From a bacterium (GTDB taxonomy: Bacteria > Cyanobacteriota > Vampirovibrionia > Obscuribacterales > JAKAZS01), in the NCBI GenBank assembly GCA_021815785.1, contig JAKAZS010000003.1, forward strand, positions 1,111 through 65,110: a stretch of 64,000 nucleotides of DNA, written 5' to 3'. Shown here in pieces: positions 29,669 through 41,194 of this stretch. How positions within the stretch are numbered: position 1 is the stretch's first letter; each line of letters starts with the position of its first letter. A model generated the notes under the pieces. It saw nothing but the letters and a program-made list of their open reading frames with translations, was not told where the DNA came from and ran no database searches. The position numbers and the translations under genes are program-made.

Positions 29669-32164
29669 ATGCAGAATTTTTTTAACAAAAATGACAATTT
29701 GGTTTTACTGGCTTTAGGTTTAATATCATATGCATCAATAGTTGCTGAACTGGTATTAACAAAATTTATCTCTTACAAAGTTTATCATCATTTTGCTTAC
29801 GCAATTATAAGCTTATTAATGTTTGCCTTTGGTTTAGCCGGAGTGATTGTTTACCTTTTTAATAAATATTTCGGTAACGATTCGTCTAAAAATTGGTTTA
29901 ATTGCTCCATGGCAGCTGTTTTAGGAGCGTTGCTCCAGTTAGTGCTATTAATTAAATATTCCCTCATGGTTATTGAACCATCTAATCTTGGGCTTTCATT
30001 ATACAGTGCTAGTGTAGCTTTGCCTATATGTCTGCTAATATTTGCCATACCATTTTTATGTATTGGTATTTCAATTACACATACTTTTACGGCCAGTAAA
30101 ATTGATCTTCGGTTCTTGTATTTTATAGATTTGCTTTTGGCTGCTTTTGGTGCTGTATCAAGCATTTGGTTGATTGAAAAGCTTGGTGGATTTGGTACTA
30201 TTTTTTTATGCGCTTTCTGTTATTTTTTAGCAAGTCTATGCTACTTAAAAATAAGCAATCTTAATTTTAAAAAAAATGCGACTATCTATTCGGTAATTTT
30301 TGCGATAACAGGAATATTGTTTATCAATTTTCCTGGCATGATGATAAAACAGCTCAAAATAGACATATTAACGGCTAAATCTCCTCAGTTGAATCACCAA
30401 ATTGGAACCGACAGATTCACCGGTTTTAGCAGAACATACTGGAATTCTATTGCCCGAATTGATTTATCGAAAACTGTCGAAGATATAGATTTGCAATTGT
30501 TGACTTGGGGTCTGTCTATAAAAAAAATCAAAAAACCTCTATTTGGTAGATTCATTTTAGTAGATGGAGGTGCGGCAACACGGCAAATAAAATTACCATC
30601 TTCAGCAAACTCAATGTCTTTGGTTTCAAGTTCTATTTTCGCTTTACCATACAAAATTGATAATAAACCCCAAAAAGCATTGGTTATTGGCGGTGGTGGT
30701 GGTATTGATATTTTGATTGGTAAATATTTTAAAGTTCCCGAACTTGATGTTTGTGAATTCAACCCTTCGCTTTACAATGTTTTGACTGGTCAAGCAGATG
30801 ATCCTGACCGACAATTTTATTATCCCTATCTTATAAGTAATAATGATACTAAAGTAAACATTTATAATAAAGAAGGGCGACACTTTGTAAGTGCTTCAAA
30901 GCCAGCTTACTACGATATAATTCAAATGAGTGGCGTTGATACATTAACAGCTATAAGTGGCGGTGGTCTCTCTTTGTCGGAGAATTATTTATATACAATT
31001 GACGCAGCTAAATGTTATTATCGGCTTTTAACACCTAACGGAATTTTATCTCAAACTCATTGGGTTCAAAAACCAAGTAATAGTGCCTTAAGGCAATTTT
31101 TAACCTATCTTGAGTTTCTAAAATCTATTAATGTTGAAAATCCAACTAGTCATTTGCTGGTAGTCGCTGGCACTTACACTGAAGTTGTGCTAAAAAAAAC
31201 ACCTTTCACAACCGACGATATTAACTTAGTGAAAGCATGGAGCGCTGATTGTGGATATGAAATATTGTTCAACCCATGTAACCCCAAATATAAGAGCAGT
31301 CAAAAGATTTTTAGCGATATTGCTTTGGCCGACGATAATCAATTAAAAAATATCATAGACGATTACGTCTATGATATTACCCCGGTAACAGATGATAAGC
31401 CGTATTTCTATAAATCGATTAAACCTAAGAATAACTCATTTGATAATCTAGCCAATTTCATACCTAAAGGTTACCAAGGTTTTCAAGTTGAAGACCAGAG
31501 TCAAGCTGGATTAGCCATAATTGGAGTAATGTGCGCTCTGGCTTTAATGATACTGCCTAGATTCGCTAAGAATCAGCCAGATAACGCTATTTCAAGCAAA
31601 TCATCTTTTGCCTTAAACATATTTTTTGCCTTAAGTGGATTTGCCTTTTTGCTATTTGAATTAGCTATTATGCAAATATTTGGAATTTTTGTCGGAGGCC
31701 CATTCTACACTATGGCTATAGTGCTAGTTTCTATCTTGTTAGGCTATTCATTGGGTAGTTTAATTGTAAATTATTTAAAAGTCACAAAGCATACACTTTT
31801 GCTGATAGGAATTTATCTAGGATTGATTAATTTTTTGTATTTTGCCTCTTTAAGAAATTTTATAAATCAGTGGTTAAGCCAGGATATGTTTGTTAAATAT
31901 ATAATTGCCGCATTTTGTGTGTTAATAGTTGCTGTGCCAATGGGAATGTTTGTTCCTTGTGCGGCAAATTTAGTTAAAAATAAATACGGTAATGTTGTAT
32001 CCTGGATGATAGGAATAAACTATGCTTTCAATGTATTAGGAGGGTTGTGTTTTATAACTATTTCACAAAATTTTGGAATAAACGTAGCGTTGGCGTTGGC
32101 TGGGCTAGCTTATATTTTATCGGGTATAGTTTTTTCCTATTTTTGTTGGCCTAAACTAACATAA
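29669..32164 (+). CDS. polytopic membrane protein fused to a spermidine-synthase-like (PABS fold) domain
   Basis: 831 aa. About 7 N-terminal TM helices. A central soluble domain carries ALVIGGGGGIDIL, LDVCEFNPSLYNVL and YDIIQMSGVD. About 6 C-terminal TM helices. Confidence 0.7.
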   Translation: MQNFFNKNDNLVLLALGLISYASIVAELVLTKFISYKVYHHFAYAIISLLMFAFGLAGVIVYLFNKYFGNDSSKNWFNCSMAAVLGALLQLVLLIKYSLMVIEPSNLGLSLYSASVALPICLLIFAIPFLCIGISITHTFTASKIDLRFLYFIDLLLAAFGAVSSIWLIEKLGGFGTIFLCAFCYFLASLCYLKISNLNFKKNATIYSVIFAITGILFINFPGMMIKQLKIDILTAKSPQLNHQIGTDRFTGFSRTYWNSIARIDLSKTVEDIDLQLLTWGLSIKKIKKPLFGRFILVDGGAATRQIKLPSSANSMSLVSSSIFALPYKIDNKPQKALVIGGGGGIDILIGKYFKVPELDVCEFNPSLYNVLTGQADDPDRQFYYPYLISNNDTKVNIYNKEGRHFVSASKPAYYDIIQMSGVDTLTAISGGGLSLSENYLYTIDAAKCYYRLLTPNGILSQTHWVQKPSNSALRQFLTYLEFLKSINVENPTSHLLVVAGTYTEVVLKKTPFTTDDINLVKAWSADCGYEILFNPCNPKYKSSQKIFSDIALADDNQLKNIIDDYVYDITPVTDDKPYFYKSIKPKNNSFDNLANFIPKGYQGFQVEDQSQAGLAIIGVMCALALMILPRFAKNQPDNAISSKSSFALNIFFALSGFAFLLFELAIMQIFGIFVGGPFYTMAIVLVSILLGYSLGSLIVNYLKVTKHTLLLIGIYLGLINFLYFASLRNFINQWLSQDMFVKYIIAAFCVLIVAVPMGMFVPCAANLVKNKYGNVVSWMIGINYAFNVLGGLCFITISQNFGINVALALAGLAYILSGIVFSYFCWPKLT

Positions 32165-32413
32165 ATACCTACTTTTACTTTGTTTTTGTTGGTGTCTTAA
32201 TTATAAGCTTCTCTAAGAGCTTTGTTTTTCAGCGGCAACTACTTAGTTCAAACTGAAAATTAAACTTTAAAAATAACTGCCCGCAACTTACAATGCTGGA
32301 ACTTTTTTATCAAATCTTAAAACGCATCTTCCTGATTTTTAAAGCTACCAAAATTAATAGCCACTAGCTCACCAGTAAGTCAGTTTTTAAGGAAGACTCG
32401 CTATAACTATAAC

Positions 32414-33820
32414 TTATGAAGGCTTTAGCACATCAAGTTGTAACCATTTTAGTTTAGCAAAATAAATAGTCATAATAATCGTGGAAAATGTATTAGAAAT
32501 AACCATGGCGATAAATACCCCCACCGGACCTAGTTTAAGCGCTAAATAATAGGCAACTGGAAGTCTTATGCACCAGTTAGCTATTAAACTAATTAACATA
32601 GCAAATTTAGTATCACTAGCTCCTTGCAAAGCTCCAGTGATTACCATGGTAACGGCTAGAAAAGGTTCCGCAACAGCATTAAATTTTAAGTAACAAGCAA
32701 CCAGTTTTATGGTTTCACTATCCAAGCTTGACAACTTAGCTAAGTAGCCAGACGCTAAATACATTAACACGCTACAGACTAACATTAGACTAACTGCGAC
32801 TTTAACTACTTTAAGCGTAGCATCATAAGCGCGTTTATAATTATGAGCACCAATAGACTGACCAACAATTGGTGTTACCGATAAAGATAACGCTACCAAT
32901 GGCATAAATAAGAGCGCTTCAATTCTAAGCCCGACCGACCAAGCTGCTATAGCTGATGTTGAATGACAACAGGTTGAAAATATATAAAATAAGACAAAAA
33001 CGGAAATAACCCAGTTCATTCTTTGAATTGCAGCAGGAAACCCAATTTTAACGATAGATTTAATATATTCAAAATTGATATATTTAGGTTTAAAAATACT
33101 TAAGTTAAATAAAGCCGATTTGGTATATAAAAACAAAGCTAATACTGCACCAATAGATGTAGCTGTAATACTGGCTAAAGCTATACCATTAGTACCAAAA
33201 AGCGTTAACGGAAATTTAAGATAAACCAATAAAAAATCCAGTAAAATATTTAAAATCGTAATTGTTAATACCACCATCATCTGCATTTTCGCATCACCAA
33301 TGGAGCGAAAACTTGCATTAAAAGTAACGACAAAACTAAATGGAATATAAAACCAAGAATATGTCTGCAAATATTTGGTTGCTAAAGCTAAGACGTCAGG
33401 TTTTAAATTTAATAATTTTAAAATATAACCACCAGAAAAATATTGGATGAATAACAGCAGGATACTTAAAACAACGGTAAAACCAAGTGAGCTAATTAAT
33501 AAAATCTGCGCTTTATTTTTTTCATTTGCTCCCCAGGCCTTAGAAATTAAAGCAGTAGTACCAACACCCATCGATATTATAATTACTTCAAAAAGAAACA
33601 AAACCTGTTCACCAATACCAACTGAAGCTTGTGATATCGTTCCTAAATATTTAGCGACCTGAACATCAGCTATACCAATAGTCGAATTGGAAACCGTACT
33701 TATTAATAAGGGATAAGACATCCGCCAGATAGCTTTCCACAAAGATCCACTACTTAAATTAGCTGGTTCAATTTTTGCCATAGCTAATGAATCTTGTGAA
33801 TCGCCACTTGCTTCACTCAT
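32414..33820 (-). CDS. MATE/MOP-superfamily transporter
   Basis: 468 aa, 12 TM. N-terminal [34 protein letters not shown] is typical of MATE proteins. The start overlaps the uxs stop by 4 nt. Confidence 0.8.
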   Translation of the reverse strand: MSEASGDSQDSLAMAKIEPANLSSGSLWKAIWRMSYPLLISTVSNSTIGIADVQVAKYLGTISQASVGIGEQVLFLFEVIIISMGVGTTALISKAWGANEKNKAQILLISSLGFTVVLSILLLFIQYFSGGYILKLLNLKPDVLALATKYLQTYSWFYIPFSFVVTFNASFRSIGDAKMQMMVVLTITILNILLDFLLVYLKFPLTLFGTNGIALASITATSIGAVLALFLYTKSALFNLSIFKPKYINFEYIKSIVKIGFPAAIQRMNWVISVFVLFYIFSTCCHSTSAIAAWSVGLRIEALLFMPLVALSLSVTPIVGQSIGAHNYKRAYDATLKVVKVAVSLMLVCSVLMYLASGYLAKLSSLDSETIKLVACYLKFNAVAEPFLAVTMVITGALQGASDTKFAMLISLIANWCIRLPVAYYLALKLGPVGVFIAMVISNTFSTIIMTIYFAKLKWLQLDVLKPS

Positions 33821-34749
33821 TGCTTAGACTGCTTATACCAGTCAATAGTAGTTTTAAGACCATCAATTAAATTTACTTTTACATTCCAATTTAAAATTGA
33901 TTTAGCCCTAGTAATATCCGGTAATCGTTTTTGGGGATCATCAACAGGTAGTGGCTCAAAAATTATTTTACTTTTAGAACCAGTTAATTTAATAATTATA
34001 TCAGCTAATTCTAAAACCGTTTTTTCTTCTGGATTACCCAAATTTATCGGTTCATGATATTCAACATCCATAAATTTCGAAATACCATTAATAAGATCAC
34101 TAATATATTGAAAACTCCTAGTCTGCTCTCCAGCTCCATAAACAGTGATATCTTCATTATTGAGTGCCTGTTTAATAAAATTAGAAACAACTCGGCCATC
34201 ATTAATTCTTAGTCGTGGTCCATAACAGTTAAAAATTCTAATTATTCTTGTATCTAATTTGTGTTTATGATGATAGGCCATAGTTAAAGCTTCAGCAAAG
34301 CGTTTGGCTTCATCATAAACACCACGCGGACCAATCGGATTTACATGCCCCCAGTAGGATTCAGTCTGGGGGTGAATTTGGGGATCACCATAAACTTCAG
34401 AAGTGCTAGCCAAGAAAAATTTTGCTCCTTTAGCTAAAGCTAAGCCAAGACTATTATGGGTACCTAATGAATTAACCTTTAAAGTTTCAATAGGCAATTG
34501 CAGATAATCAACGGGAGAGGCTGGCGAAGCAAAATGGATAATCCAGTCTAATTGACCAATTAAATGAATATGATTACTGACATTATGATGGATAAATTCA
34601 AAATTCGGATTACTTAAATGTTGTTTAATATTATCAATACATCCGGTAATCAGGTTATCCATTACAATAACCTTGTTACCTTCACTAATAAGCCTATCGG
34701 TTAAATGTGACCCAATAAATCCAGCCCCACCAGTTATTAAAATTCTCAT
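33817..34749 (-). CDS. UDP-glucuronate decarboxylase (UDP-xylose synthase), SDR family
   Basis: 310 aa. [52 protein letters not shown]. Confidence 0.85.
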   Translation of the reverse strand: MRILITGGAGFIGSHLTDRLISEGNKVIVMDNLITGCIDNIKQHLSNPNFEFIHHNVSNHIHLIGQLDWIIHFASPASPVDYLQLPIETLKVNSLGTHNSLGLALAKGAKFFLASTSEVYGDPQIHPQTESYWGHVNPIGPRGVYDEAKRFAEALTMAYHHKHKLDTRIIRIFNCYGPRLRINDGRVVSNFIKQALNNEDITVYGAGEQTRSFQYISDLINGISKFMDVEYHEPINLGNPEEKTVLELADIIIKLTGSKSKIIFEPLPVDDPQKRLPDITRAKSILNWNVKVNLIDGLKTTIDWYKQSKQ

Positions 34750-36137
34750 AAACCAATACCTTTGTAATTAAAACCAAGTTCGATTAAGTGTTCCTTGTTA
34801 AGACAATTTCGACCATCAATAATTAACGGATTACGGACTAATTTTTTGATATTTTCATATTTGGCTAAAATAAATTCACTCCATTCGGTAACTAAAATCA
34901 AAGCATCAGTATCCCGAGAAAGATCTTCAATATTATTAGCAAAAATCACATCAAGGTCTGGACGTTGCTGTTTTAAAGCATCATGAGCAACTGGATCAAA
35001 AACCTTAACACTAGAACCCATTTTCAATAATTGTGTGATAATTGATATGCTGGGAGCATCACGCAAATCATCGGTATTTGGTTTAAAAGCCAGTCCCATG
35101 ATACCAATTTTACGGCCTTTGATAATTTTTAATTCTTCTTGCAATTTACGAATTACAATAAGACGTTGAGCTTCATTAACCTTAACTGTAGCTGGTAATA
35201 GGTTTAAGGCTAAATCATATTCACTGGCAATATTAATGAGCGCACTGACATCTTTTTTAAAACAACTGCCACCCCAGCCAATACCAGCATTTAAGAAGCT
35301 GCGGCCAATTCTTGAATCCAATCCGATAGCGTCCATAACATGATTAATGTTGGCGCCAACTTTTTCACTAATATTAGCTATTTCATTGGCAAAACTGATT
35401 TTCATGGCTAAAAATGAATTAGAGGCATATTTTATTAATTCCGCTGAAGCTATGTCAACTTCAATAAGTGGTACTGCTTTTAGATGTTTAGGGCGTAAAA
35501 TATTAAGGGGCTGATCAAAACTTTGAGATAGTATCGGTTCATAAAGTTTTCTGATAACACTACTACTGGTATCATCACTCACACCAACAACAATTCGATC
35601 GGGATAGAACGAATCAATTAAAGCTGTTCCTTCACGCAAAAATTCAGGATTACTAACAACGCTAAAACTAATTGGATTAATTTTTTGACTGCGGGCTGGT
35701 GTTAACTGAATTTGTTGAATAGACTGACTTATTAACATTTCTACCCAATTACCAGATCCAACCGGTACTGTAGACTTATTAATAATAATGCGATGCTGCG
35801 TTGAATCAAGTGCTTGACCAATAGACCGAGCCGCATTGAGAAGTTGGCTTAAATCAGGCTGACCATCTATTCCTGATGGCGTACCAACTGTTATAAATAT
35901 TACTTGAGCAGCTTTAATTGCATCACTAGCCTTACCGGTAAAACTTAAATTACCATTGTTAACCACTATCCTTACTAAATTTTCTAAATTCGGCTCATAA
36001 AAAGGTACTGTACCTTTCATTAAATATTCAAGCTTTACTTCATCCGTTTCGATATTGACAACTTTATGACCTAGATAAGCTAAGGTAGAACTAGTTACTA
36101 AACCAACATATCCTGCACCTAAAACCGCTATATTCAC
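34746..36137 (-). CDS. ugd: UDP-glucose 6-dehydrogenase
   Basis: 463 aa, GTG start. [19 protein letters not shown] catalytic Cys region, [13 protein letters not shown]. Confidence 0.9.
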   Translation of the reverse strand: MNIAVLGAGYVGLVTSSTLAYLGHKVVNIETDEVKLEYLMKGTVPFYEPNLENLVRIVVNNGNLSFTGKASDAIKAAQVIFITVGTPSGIDGQPDLSQLLNAARSIGQALDSTQHRIIINKSTVPVGSGNWVEMLISQSIQQIQLTPARSQKINPISFSVVSNPEFLREGTALIDSFYPDRIVVGVSDDTSSSVIRKLYEPILSQSFDQPLNILRPKHLKAVPLIEVDIASAELIKYASNSFLAMKISFANEIANISEKVGANINHVMDAIGLDSRIGRSFLNAGIGWGGSCFKKDVSALINIASEYDLALNLLPATVKVNEAQRLIVIRKLQEELKIIKGRKIGIMGLAFKPNTDDLRDAPSISIITQLLKMGSSVKVFDPVAHDALKQQRPDLDVIFANNIEDLSRDTDALILVTEWSEFILAKYENIKKLVRNPLIIDGRNCLNKEHLIELGFNYKGIGL

Positions 36138-36242
36138 TTAAAATACCCTTAATACTAGTAAATTATCCTCTTATTTTAACAAAAAATATAATAGAATTAA
36201 GCTTCATATAAAGTAAAAAGATTTATAATTTAATCATTAGTC

Positions 36243-37046
36243 ATGAATAATCACCAAAATTTTACGGACTTGGTAAATACTATAGCGACTTTAAGGGCGC
36301 CCAATGGCTGTCCTTGGGACCGTAAACAGACACATGAAACCCTTAAACGTTATTTAGTCGAAGAAACCTATGAAGTTCTTGAAGCTATCCGTCAAGCGGA
36401 TAGCGAGAAACTAAAGGAAGAATTAGGTGATTTATTGTTACAAATTGTTTTACATGCCCAAATTGCCAAGGATAATAATTTGTTCTCAATTGAAGATGTG
36501 GCTAATTCAATTAATGAAAAAATGATTGAACGTCATCCTCATGTTTTTAAGGATCAAAAAGCTATCAGTGTTACTGAAGTACTGGCTCAATGGGAAGATC
36601 TTAAACCCAAAAGCACTAGTATTTTAGGTGATATACCTTATGATTTACCAGCTCTCTTACAAGCCTTAAAAATTTCCGAAAAAGCTTGTAGTTTCGGCTT
36701 TGAATGGGAAGCAGAAAGTCACATTTGGCAGCAATTAACTGAAGAAATATCTGAGTTTAAAGATGCTATAACTAAATATCGCATTCAAAAGAGTGCTAAT
36801 CTTGATACCGAATCTACGCAACAACTCTTTAAAAATGCCGAACTGGAATTAGGCGATATTCTCTTTACAATGGTCAATTTAGCTAGGTTTAATAAAATCG
36901 ATCCTGAAGAAGCCTTACATTTAACCATCAAAAAATTTAAAGTCCGTTTTGCCCAAATGGAAAAGCTAACTCCTAAAAATTTAAAAGAATTAACAGTTCA
37001 GGAATGGAATGTGTTATGGCTAAAAGCCAAAGCTAGTGTCGGTTAA
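36243..37046 (+). CDS. mazG: nucleoside triphosphate pyrophosphohydrolase MazG
   Basis: 267 aa. LRAPNGCPWDRKQTHETLKRYLVEETYEVLEAI and a second EELGDxLF-type repeat (ELELGDILFTMVNLARF). Confidence 0.9.
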   Translation: MNNHQNFTDLVNTIATLRAPNGCPWDRKQTHETLKRYLVEETYEVLEAIRQADSEKLKEELGDLLLQIVLHAQIAKDNNLFSIEDVANSINEKMIERHPHVFKDQKAISVTEVLAQWEDLKPKSTSILGDIPYDLPALLQALKISEKACSFGFEWEAESHIWQQLTEEISEFKDAITKYRIQKSANLDTESTQQLFKNAELELGDILFTMVNLARFNKIDPEEALHLTIKKFKVRFAQMEKLTPKNLKELTVQEWNVLWLKAKASVG

Positions 37047-37058
37047 CTATAACCAGCA

Positions 37059-38153
37059 TTAGCTTTCAGGATTATCGGAAGTTGTTTTAGGCGTATTCGC
37101 CTTATCGCTATCCTTAGGTTCATTAATACGTCCTAATTCCTTTAAACCATCCTTAGCTGGGATGGAATCAGGGTTTAATTCCAAAGCCTTTTGAAACTCT
37201 TTAAAGGATTCATCCTTATCGTTATTCGTCATTAGAAATTTGGCATATTCTACATGTGATACTACATCATTAGGATTTATTTTAATAGCTAATTCATATT
37301 CACGTTTTGCTTCATCTTTTTCGTTTAATTTAGCTAAAGCTTCTGCCATACGCCTATGCGCTGGCGCAAAATTCGGCGCTAATTTTATGGCTTTTTTTTG
37401 AAATTTTATCGCATCAGAATAATTACCTTCCTGATAATAAGCCCAGCCTAGGCCACTTAAGGCATTAGGATGATTAGGCGAATAACTTAAAGCAGCCTTA
37501 AAAGATTTAATGGCATTTGGGGAATCCTTAGACTGGGTATAAATATTACCTAAATTTATATAAGCCTGAGGTAAGGTTTTATCAATAGCTAAAGCCTTAT
37601 TTTCGGTTTTAATCGCTTCATCGTAAAGGCCTTTATTAGCTTGTACCACACCTAAGTCTAAAAACGGAGTTGGATTGTCTGGAGCAAGTTTACAGGCATC
37701 AGTATATATATCAATAGCTTGTGTAAATTTTTCTTTTTGCGTTAGAATAAAGCCTAAATCAAGTTTAGCCCGGACACTTTTAGGGTTAAGTTTTACGCCT
37801 TGCGTAAATTCATTTAAGGCATCATCATATTTATTCTGATTAGAGTAAATTTGGCCTAAAACAACATGGGGTAAATAATATTGAGGATCAATTTTCAAGG
37901 CTTTATTTTCTTCAACAACCGCCGACTTATAATGCCCTTGAGCAGCTAGACAGGCACCATACCTTTGATGGGTCTTAGCATTGGTATCATCATTTTCCAG
38001 ATAGGCCTTGTATAGATCACAGGCTTTGTCAAACTGCATTCGGCCATAAGCTTTATCAGCCTTTGATAATAAAGTAGCTGCATCATCCGCCCAGACAGCT
38101 TTCAGAGGCAATATCGAAATCACCAAATATGCCAGTAACAATTTTTTCTTCAT
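37059..38153 (-). CDS. secreted TPR-repeat protein
   Basis: 364 aa. Signal peptide MKKKLLLAYLVISILPLKAVWA, followed by about 9 TPR-like 34-aa units. Confidence 0.8.
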   Translation of the reverse strand: MKKKLLLAYLVISILPLKAVWADDAATLLSKADKAYGRMQFDKACDLYKAYLENDDTNAKTHQRYGACLAAQGHYKSAVVEENKALKIDPQYYLPHVVLGQIYSNQNKYDDALNEFTQGVKLNPKSVRAKLDLGFILTQKEKFTQAIDIYTDACKLAPDNPTPFLDLGVVQANKGLYDEAIKTENKALAIDKTLPQAYINLGNIYTQSKDSPNAIKSFKAALSYSPNHPNALSGLGWAYYQEGNYSDAIKFQKKAIKLAPNFAPAHRRMAEALAKLNEKDEAKREYELAIKINPNDVVSHVEYAKFLMTNNDKDESFKEFQKALELNPDSIPAKDGLKELGRINEPKDSDKANTPKTTSDNPES

Positions 38154-38164
38154 GCTTATTGCCT

Positions 38165-38833
38165 CTATCTTGATTTTGCTAAGGATTCATTCAAGATAGT
38201 TATTGAGCTAGATGTGCCAATCCGATTAGCACCAGCCTCAATAAGTTCCTGAGCCTGCTTATAATTTCTGATACCAGCACTGGCTTTTATACCGAGTTTA
38301 CTGCCTTTCAACTGTTCTTTAATTAGTTTTATATCACTAACCAAAGCACCTTTACCATCTTTAACAAAACCTGTACTGGTTTTAACCATATTAGCATTAC
38401 CTTTTATACAAGCCTGAACAGCCATAATTTTATCAGCATCATTGAGTAAGTCACACTCAATAATAACTTTAACGAGAGCACCTTTGGCCGCTTTTACCAC
38501 CGAGTGAATATCATCGGAAATATAGTCAAACAGGCCTTCTTTCAATGCGCCAATATTAATTACCATATCTAATTCGTCAGCTCCTTGTTCAATGGCTTTT
38601 TGAGCCTCAAGAACTTTAACTTGCGTCAAATTAGCCCCTAACGGAAAGCCAATAACGGTAGCTACACTCACTTTAGAACTTTTAAGTATTTTAGCAGCTA
38701 CGTGTACATAATAAGGATTTACACAAACGGCAAAAAAATTATGCTCAATTGCCTCTTCACAAAGTTTGGTTATATCACTACTTTTAGCTTGAGGACTTAA
38801 AAGAGTATGATCAATAAATTTTTCAATGTCCAC
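38165..38833 (-). CDS. deoC: deoxyribose-phosphate aldolase
   Basis: 222 aa, GTG start. IDHTLL, VCVNP, MVKTSTGF (Schiff-base Lys), IKASAGIR. Confidence 0.9.
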   Translation of the reverse strand: MDIEKFIDHTLLSPQAKSSDITKLCEEAIEHNFFAVCVNPYYVHVAAKILKSSKVSVATVIGFPLGANLTQVKVLEAQKAIEQGADELDMVINIGALKEGLFDYISDDIHSVVKAAKGALVKVIIECDLLNDADKIMAVQACIKGNANMVKTSTGFVKDGKGALVSDIKLIKEQLKGSKLGIKASAGIRNYKQAQELIEAGANRIGTSSSITILNESLAKSR

Positions 38834-38986
38834 AACAAACTATCCTCCTATAATCAAGGGCTTACATTATTTAAAATGATAATTTATATATTTTAAGCCT
38901 TTACGGCTAATAAATCATTAAAAGGCCAAAGAATATATAATTATCTTTAATAAAATTAGATTAATTTATTTTTATATCGCGATTAA

Positions 38987-40306
38987 CTAAGTACGGAAAT
39001 TTTTCGGCAAATCAGCCCAACAGCTCAGATAGTTTTTATGCATTTTAGGGGTAACACTAGCTAATTGGGTTAAATGATACGTAAGCGAACTTTCAAACAT
39101 AAAGGCCATAGTATTAGCTAAGTATTTTGGGGTAAGGTCTTCATTACTAGCTTTATTGAAAGCATTGCTATCTGGTCCATGAGCCGTGAATTGATTGTGT
39201 AATGTGCCACCACCAGGAATAAAATTCTCTTCCTTGGCTTCATATGTGCCTTTAATTAAACCCATATACTCACTCATGAAATTTTTATGATAATACGGAG
39301 GCCGAAAACTATGTTCACTAACCAGCCAGCGCGGTGGGAAAATCACAAAGTCTACATTAGAATATGCTGGAAGTTCAGAAGGGCTGGTTAAGACAGTAAA
39401 TATAGATGGATCACAATGATCAAAACTTACAGTATTAATAACCTGAAACATTGATAAATCATATTTATAGGGAACATAATTACCATGAAATGCCACCACG
39501 TTGAGCGGCGAATATTCTATTTCAGCTTTAAAAAATTGACCACTAGCCTTAAAAATCAGCTGATTAGTCTCTTGCTTATCTTCAAAACTAGCTACTGGTG
39601 TCAAAAAATCACGAGGATTAGCCAGTCCATTAGAACCAATTGGTCCTAGATTAGGCAAACGAAAATGGGGACCATAATTTTCTAAAATATAACCGGCACA
39701 AAAATCAGTTAAATTATTGACATTAAATTTAATACCACGCGGAATCAAAGCTATTTCACCTGGTTTCAAATCGATTTTGCCAAATTCGGTATTAATTAAC
39801 AAATTACCTCTGTAAGGAACGATTAAAAAATCACCATCAGCATTATGAAAGAATTGATTTTGCATATTTTGATTAAAAGCATACAAATGAATTGCACTAC
39901 CACGAACACTAGCTAAATCTCCATTACCAGCAATAGTTATAATTGAATCTAAAAAAGTTACTGATTTGTTTAAATCAGTAACCAATGGATCCCAGCGATA
40001 AGGAAGTGGCTTGGTATAATTTACCCTAAACGGCCTCGTTTGAAAGTCCGGATAATCAGCTTTAATTAAATCGCATGACAACACTGAAGGTTTGATTCGA
40101 TAGAGCCAGGAACGAAGGTTTTCATGGCGACTCGCTAAAAATGATGTTCCATTTATCTGTTCAGCATATAAACCGTATTTGGGTTTTTGAGGACTGTTTT
40201 GACCAATAGGAATGGCGTCAGGTAAAGCTTGCGATTGAAAATCGTTGCCAAAACCTGTCATATAATTTAATTCAACTGCTAAAACCGTATCAGTAATTGG
40301 AGACAT
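38987..40306 (-). CDS. hmgA: homogentisate 1,2-dioxygenase
   Basis: 439 aa. YMTGFGNDFQSQALPDAIPIGQNSPQKPKYGLYAEQINGTSF, and YHKNFMSEYMGLIKGTYEAK containing the His/Glu metal-ligand region. Confidence 0.9.
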   Translation of the reverse strand: MSPITDTVLAVELNYMTGFGNDFQSQALPDAIPIGQNSPQKPKYGLYAEQINGTSFLASRHENLRSWLYRIKPSVLSCDLIKADYPDFQTRPFRVNYTKPLPYRWDPLVTDLNKSVTFLDSIITIAGNGDLASVRGSAIHLYAFNQNMQNQFFHNADGDFLIVPYRGNLLINTEFGKIDLKPGEIALIPRGIKFNVNNLTDFCAGYILENYGPHFRLPNLGPIGSNGLANPRDFLTPVASFEDKQETNQLIFKASGQFFKAEIEYSPLNVVAFHGNYVPYKYDLSMFQVINTVSFDHCDPSIFTVLTSPSELPAYSNVDFVIFPPRWLVSEHSFRPPYYHKNFMSEYMGLIKGTYEAKEENFIPGGGTLHNQFTAHGPDSNAFNKASNEDLTPKYLANTMAFMFESSLTYHLTQLASVTPKMHKNYLSCWADLPKNFRT

Positions 40307-40515
40307 GAGACTACCTTATAAATTTATTACAGAAATAAAATCAGCGATATTTTTTAAAAAGATTTGATTTTTCATTATATAATCATCATCAGACTTAATT
40401 TGCGTAATACTTATAAATTATATATCTAAAAAATCCATTATAATGAAAAAGTTTAAGCTAATTTCGGTAAACGTGTCTAAATTTTATAGTTTAATTAATT
40501 TTTTAAGGTCTTACT

Positions 40516-40815
40516 ATGTCTATTTTCAAGAAACATCTATTTGTCTGTACCTTTGGTAAAACTTGTGCGCAAACCGACGCAACCTTAATTTTTGAAAATT
40601 TAAAGCAAAATGTCTATGCCAAATGTGACCAGAATGAGATTCGTGTTAATCGCGCAGGCTGTCTTGGGCAATGCGGCCATGGTCCAATTATGGTTTTATA
40701 TCCAGACAATGTCTGGTATAGTCAAGTCAAACTTACTGACGTCAATGAAATAACCAATGCCCTTAGTAATAACCAAATCATTGACCGCCTAATATATCAA
40801 AAAGAAAATGAATAA
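40516..40815 (+). CDS. thioredoxin-like [2Fe-2S] ferredoxin
   Basis: 99 aa. HLFVCT...CAQ...RAGCLGQCGHGPIMVLYPDNVWY gives a four-Cys pattern. Confidence 0.75.
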   Translation: MSIFKKHLFVCTFGKTCAQTDATLIFENLKQNVYAKCDQNEIRVNRAGCLGQCGHGPIMVLYPDNVWYSQVKLTDVNEITNALSNNQIIDRLIYQKENE

Positions 40816-41194
40816 TTAAACCAAATCATTGAATAGCCAATAAATTAAAGTTTAAACAATAACCTAAATTTATTCACTAAAACCAATAGTACAAATAATA
40901 TCAAAACCGGTTGGAGGTGCCCTCTTAGAAATTTATTTTTATGAGGCTGCTGAACTCTCTCAACCGGTAATAATAAAATACCCCAAAAATTTAGCCAATA
41001 AACCTTAAATAAATTAATTTGCCAAAATTTAATCTTTATTTATTAAGTTTAGGCAATTGTATTAAATTGTTTTCCCTAGACTATTATCAGTAAAACCATA
41101 GTTAACAAAATCAACTACATTGTAATATTCTCCGGTCTTTGTTATATTAAGTATTAGGGTCAAATCTATTTTTTATATTTAACTTACTAAATTT

